The notes under the pieces are model-generated. The model saw only the letters and a list, made by a program, of their open reading frames with translations, ran no database searches and was not told where the DNA came from. A program made the translations under genes and the position numbers. Positions 56,021 through 59,225 of a DNA stretch of 59,225 bases are shown piece by piece; position 1 is the stretch's first letter; each line of letters starts with the position of its first letter. This DNA comes from an uncultured virus (IMG/VR IMGVR_UViG_2061766007_000145) (Duplodnaviria; Heunggongvirae; Uroviricota; Caudoviricetes): IMG/VR virus record IMGVR_UViG_2061766007_000145; one strand, 5' to 3'.

Positions 56021-57914
56021 ATGTATTGTTACGAAAATAATGTAGCAAAACCACGCAATGTCGTCGTGTACGCGAGAGTATCAACCGAACACGAAGCACA
56101 ATTATCAGCACTTGAAAATCAAAAAGACTGGTACAAACCGTTTCTCGCACAGCATCCAGAATGGGAAGTGGTTGGTATGTATGTTGATGAAGGAATCACT
56201 GGTACCTCCGCAAAAAAGCGCCCTCAATTCATGAAAATGATTGAAGACGCAGGAAGTGGAAAGTTTGATTTGATTTTAACAAGAGAAGTTTCAAGGTTCG
56301 CAAGGAACACTGTTGATACACTTCAGTATACACGGGAGCTTAAATCAAAAGGCGTAGAGGTGTTTTTCATCAATGATAACATAAAGACGTTCGATGGAGA
56401 TGGGGAGTTAAGGCTTACTATCATGGCTACCCTTGCACAGGACGAAAGCAGAAAAACGTCCATAAGAGTCAAGAGTGGTCAGCAAACCTCGATGGAAAAT
56501 GGTGTGTATTATGGCAATGGCAATATATTAGGTTATGATAGAGTTGGCAAAGAGTTGATTATCAACGAGGAACAAGCTAAGACTGTGCGTATGATATACG
56601 ACTGGTACTTAGATGGAGTTGGCATGAGAGCGATTCAGTTTCGGCTTGAACAAGCTGGTAGACTCACATCAATGGGAAAAACGCGATGGCATCAAAGTAA
56701 CATATCAAAGATTCTGAAGAATTCATTTTACTGTGGAATTATTACATACCATAAAGAGTATACTCCTGATTACCTTATCCAAAAAAAGATAAGAAATTTT
56801 GGCGATATTGAGTTGACGCAAGTCAAAGGAACACATACGCCAATTGTCACAGAGGAAGAATTTAATAGAGTCCAGCAAATTATGGGTAGTAGAACATCTG
56901 TGATGACTAACAACGTCACGGGGAAAAGAAAAGAACTGGGGAAAAAGCCGTATGGGGATGTGTGGACTCAGATTATGGAATGTGAGTGCGGACATAAGTT
57001 TAATCGAAAAGTATGGCATAAGGTAAACGGGGTTAATCAGTATGGGTATCAATGTTACAGTTCTCTCCGCACAGGAAGTGTAGAAACGAGAAAACGAAAA
57101 GGATTACCTCTTGAAGGTATTTGCCAAACACCTATGATTCCCGGATGGAAATTGCAAATGATGGTGAAGCATATTTTTAATACCTTTATTAGTAATAAAG
57201 CCGAGGTGTTATCTCTTGCCGAATCTATTCTCGAAGCTCACATAAACGACACACCGCCAGAAAACGACAACTCAGAGTTAATTGCAAGAAAAATTTCTGA
57301 GAGAGAAAAGCTTAATAAGAGACTTGATAATCTTATTGAGATGAGAGCGGACGGAGAACTATCAAGAGATTTATTCAAGAAGAAAAAAGAAGAAATAGAA
57401 TCTGCTATCAACAAGATAGATGATGAGCTTGAAAGGCTACAGCCCGCAGAAGAACCGGAAGAAAATATTGATAGTGAAGAAAAAATCAAGATATTAAAAT
57501 ATTATCTTGAGCAATCTGTCATCCCCCTCGAAGATGAAAATTTGCCGGAAGATATAATTAAGGCGTTNNNNNNNNNNGATGATGAGCTTGAAAGGCTACA
57601 GCCCGCAGAAGAACCGGAAGAAGATATTGATAGTGAAGAAAAAATCAGGATATTGAAATATTATCTTGAGCAATCTGTCATTCCCCTCGAAGATGAAAAT
57701 TTGCCTGAAGATATAATTAAGGCATTTATCAAAAAAGTGGTTGCAGGAAAAGATCACTTTGATTGGTATTTGAGGTTCCCAGGAGACGATGATGAACCGC
57801 AACAGCTCACGATGTCAGGCAAAAGAAAATCGTCAGCCGTGATTTCCTCCCTCTGTACCACGCTGCACAGGCAGCTATTAGCGAAGGAAGGAAATAATCG
57901 AATTGACAAACTTA
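56021..57914 (+). CDS. Large serine recombinase (integrase); interrupted by assembly gaps
   Basis: YARVST, DEGITG, SRFARN, AQDES, recombinase domain, CECG Zn ribbon, coiled coil. Confidence 0.95.
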
Positions 57915-58096
57915 NNNNNNNNNNNNNNNNNNNNNNNNNNNNNNNNNNNNNNNNNNNNNNNNNNNNNNNNNNNNNNNNNNNNNNNNNNNNNNNNNNNNNN
58001 NNNNNNNTGCGCATTGGCTGAAGCAAGGTCAATGCGCATTTGCTGTGTTTGAAGGGATATATAATTTAATTCTGGAGCTATTATATCATTTTGCAC

Positions 58097-58125
58097 TTGA
58101 CGAATTCAAATCATTATGATATAAT
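58097..58125 (+). promoter_or_regulatory. SigA promoter
   Basis: TTGACG-17-TATAAT. Confidence 0.75.
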
Positions 58126-58171
58126 AAACAAAGAATATAGCATCTTTTATTACATAAAGGAGGGAATTACA

Positions 58172-58273
58172 ATGAAAAAGATATACGTTGTCCCCGAAGT
58201 AGACATCATCGAATTTGATAACGTGGATATCATTACTTCTTCTGACGGATTCAGCACGCAGGTTCCGATGTAA
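58172..58273 (+). CDS. 33-aa peptide with YxxP leader motif (RiPP-precursor-like)
   Basis: MKKIYVVPEVDIIEFDNVDIITSS..., SD aaggagg. Confidence 0.65.
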   Translation: MKKIYVVPEVDIIEFDNVDIITSSDGFSTQVPM

Positions 58274-58396
58274 TGACAGGGAATACAGATTTAATTCCAT
58301 ATTAACTTCACCGACAAAAAACCGCCTNNNNNNNNNNNNNNNNNNNNNNNNNNNNNNNNNNNNNNNNNNNNNNNNNNNNNNNAAGCCGTAAGGCAA

Positions 58397-58771
58397 TTAT
58401 TTGATTTCGACAGTTGCGCCGACTTCCTTGAGCTTGGCCTCGATTGCTTCAGCCTCATCCTTGGAAACAGCTTCCTTAAGGGGAGCGGGAGCGCCGTCAA
58501 CCAGAGCCTTTGCTTCCTTCAGACCCAGACCGGTCAGCTCGCGGACAACCTTGATGACCTTGATCTTCTCTGCGCCGGCAGCGGCAAGGATAACGTCGAA
58601 CTCGGTCTTCTCCTCAGCAGCGGGAGCAGCACCGCCAGCAGGAGCGGCAACAGCGACAGCGGCAGCGGCGGAAACGCCGAATGTCTCTTCAATGGCCTTG
58701 ACAAGCTCGGAAAGCTCGAGAACGGACATGGCCTTTACTTCTTCGATAATGTTTGCAATTTTCTCAGACAT
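58397..58771 (-). CDS. rplL: 50S ribosomal protein L7/L12
   Basis: [28 protein letters not shown]. Confidence 0.98.
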   Translation of the reverse strand: MSEKIANIIEEVKAMSVLELSELVKAIEETFGVSAAAAVAVAAPAGGAAPAAEEKTEFDVILAAAGAEKIKVIKVVRELTGLGLKEAKALVDGAPAPLKEAVSKDEAEAIEAKLKEVGATVEIK

Positions 58772-58832
58772 GGTATTTTACCTCCAAAAATTATATTTGA
58801 GTGAATGAATGATTGGCAGCGGGAATAAAAAA

Positions 58833-59225
58833 TTATTCTGCTGCGGGTGCTTCCTCGGCGGGAGCGCCTTCGGTCTGCTTGTCGACGATAGCCTTGATCG
58901 CGATGGCAAGACCGGCGATGGTCGCGTTGAGTCCGAACGCGAGCTGGGTGAGAAGGGTCTCTCTGGAAGGAGTCTTGGCAAGTCTCTGAACCTCGTCGAC
59001 GGTCATCTTTTTGCCGTCAATGAAGCCGGCCTTGATCTCAAAGCCCTTCTTGTTGCCCTCGGCGTACTCGTTGAGGATCTTTGCGGCGGCGATGTAGTCG
59101 CTGTCGCAGGTGGCGATTGCGGTGGTTCCGTTGAGAACGGCGTCGTCGATTTCAACACCGGCGTCGGCTGCGGCACGCTTGATGAGGGTGTTCTTGGCTA
59201 CGGTGTAGACAACGCCAGCCTCACG
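58833..59225 (-). CDS. rplJ: 50S ribosomal protein L10 (5'-truncated)
   Basis: YTVAKNTL, LAKTPSRETLL; upstream of rplL. Confidence 0.95.
   Translation of the reverse strand, partial: REAGVVYTVAKNTLIKRAAADAGVEIDDAVLNGTTAIATCDSDYIAAAKILNEYAEGNKKGFEIKAGFIDGKKMTVDEVQRLAKTPSRETLLTQLAFGLNATIAGLAIAIKAIVDKQTEGAPAEEAPAAE

Larger units (their letters stand above)
1..57914 (+). mobile_element. Prophage (large temperate phage, early/replication arm), left end outside window
   Basis: Dense co-oriented phage-type genes (BRO/Rha antirepressors, ERF, DnaB, primase, DnaE, YopX, HNH) ending in a large serine recombinase; host ribosomal protein genes follow after N-gaps. Confidence 0.9.

Noticed and set aside
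57418..57727. Tandem repeat inside the integrase (and similarly the primase at ~37921-38105)
   Set aside because: Duplicates flank 10-N scaffold gaps, consistent with an assembly overlap artefact.
1150..57802. Minus-strand and nested alternative-frame ORFs in the phage region
   Set aside because: Shadow ORFs of well-supported + strand genes, without recognisable motifs.
57850..58020. attR site and integration next to rplL
   Set aside because: N-gaps separate the integrase end from host genes and the other prophage end is outside the window, so att sites and adjacency cannot be established.

Overview
About 1-57.9 kb is the early/replication arm of a large temperate (SPbeta-like, Clostridia/Firmicutes-type) prophage. 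Its genes are almost all on the + strand, and no virion structural genes are seen. It ends in a large serine recombinase. After N-gaps come a small host-type peptide gene and host rplL/rplJ. The phage arm encodes a replisome (ERF-type SSAP, SSB, PD-(D/E)XK nuclease, DnaB, primase, DnaE), nucleotide metabolism (ThyX, dNMP kinase, NrdD/G/H, dUTPase), two DNA MTases, IscS, PAPS reductase, ClpP, MazF, RNA ligase and antirepressors. The most striking locus is 7.1-14.4 kb: an E2-like/JAB/ThiF(E1) cassette directly followed by a retron-type RT. There appear to be three separate msr-msd-like ncRNAs (10722-10977, 13567-13878, 14257-14418). They share a covarying scaffold but carry unrelated msd cargos, which suggests one RT with several templates. 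Other candidate RNAs are a minimal HDV-like ribozyme, several anticodon-less tRNA mimics, a ~440-nt region closed by a 28-bp inverted repeat, a duplicated ~100-nt sRNA-like element and repeated pseudoknots. Protein calls rest on motif recognition by eye; no database search was run.
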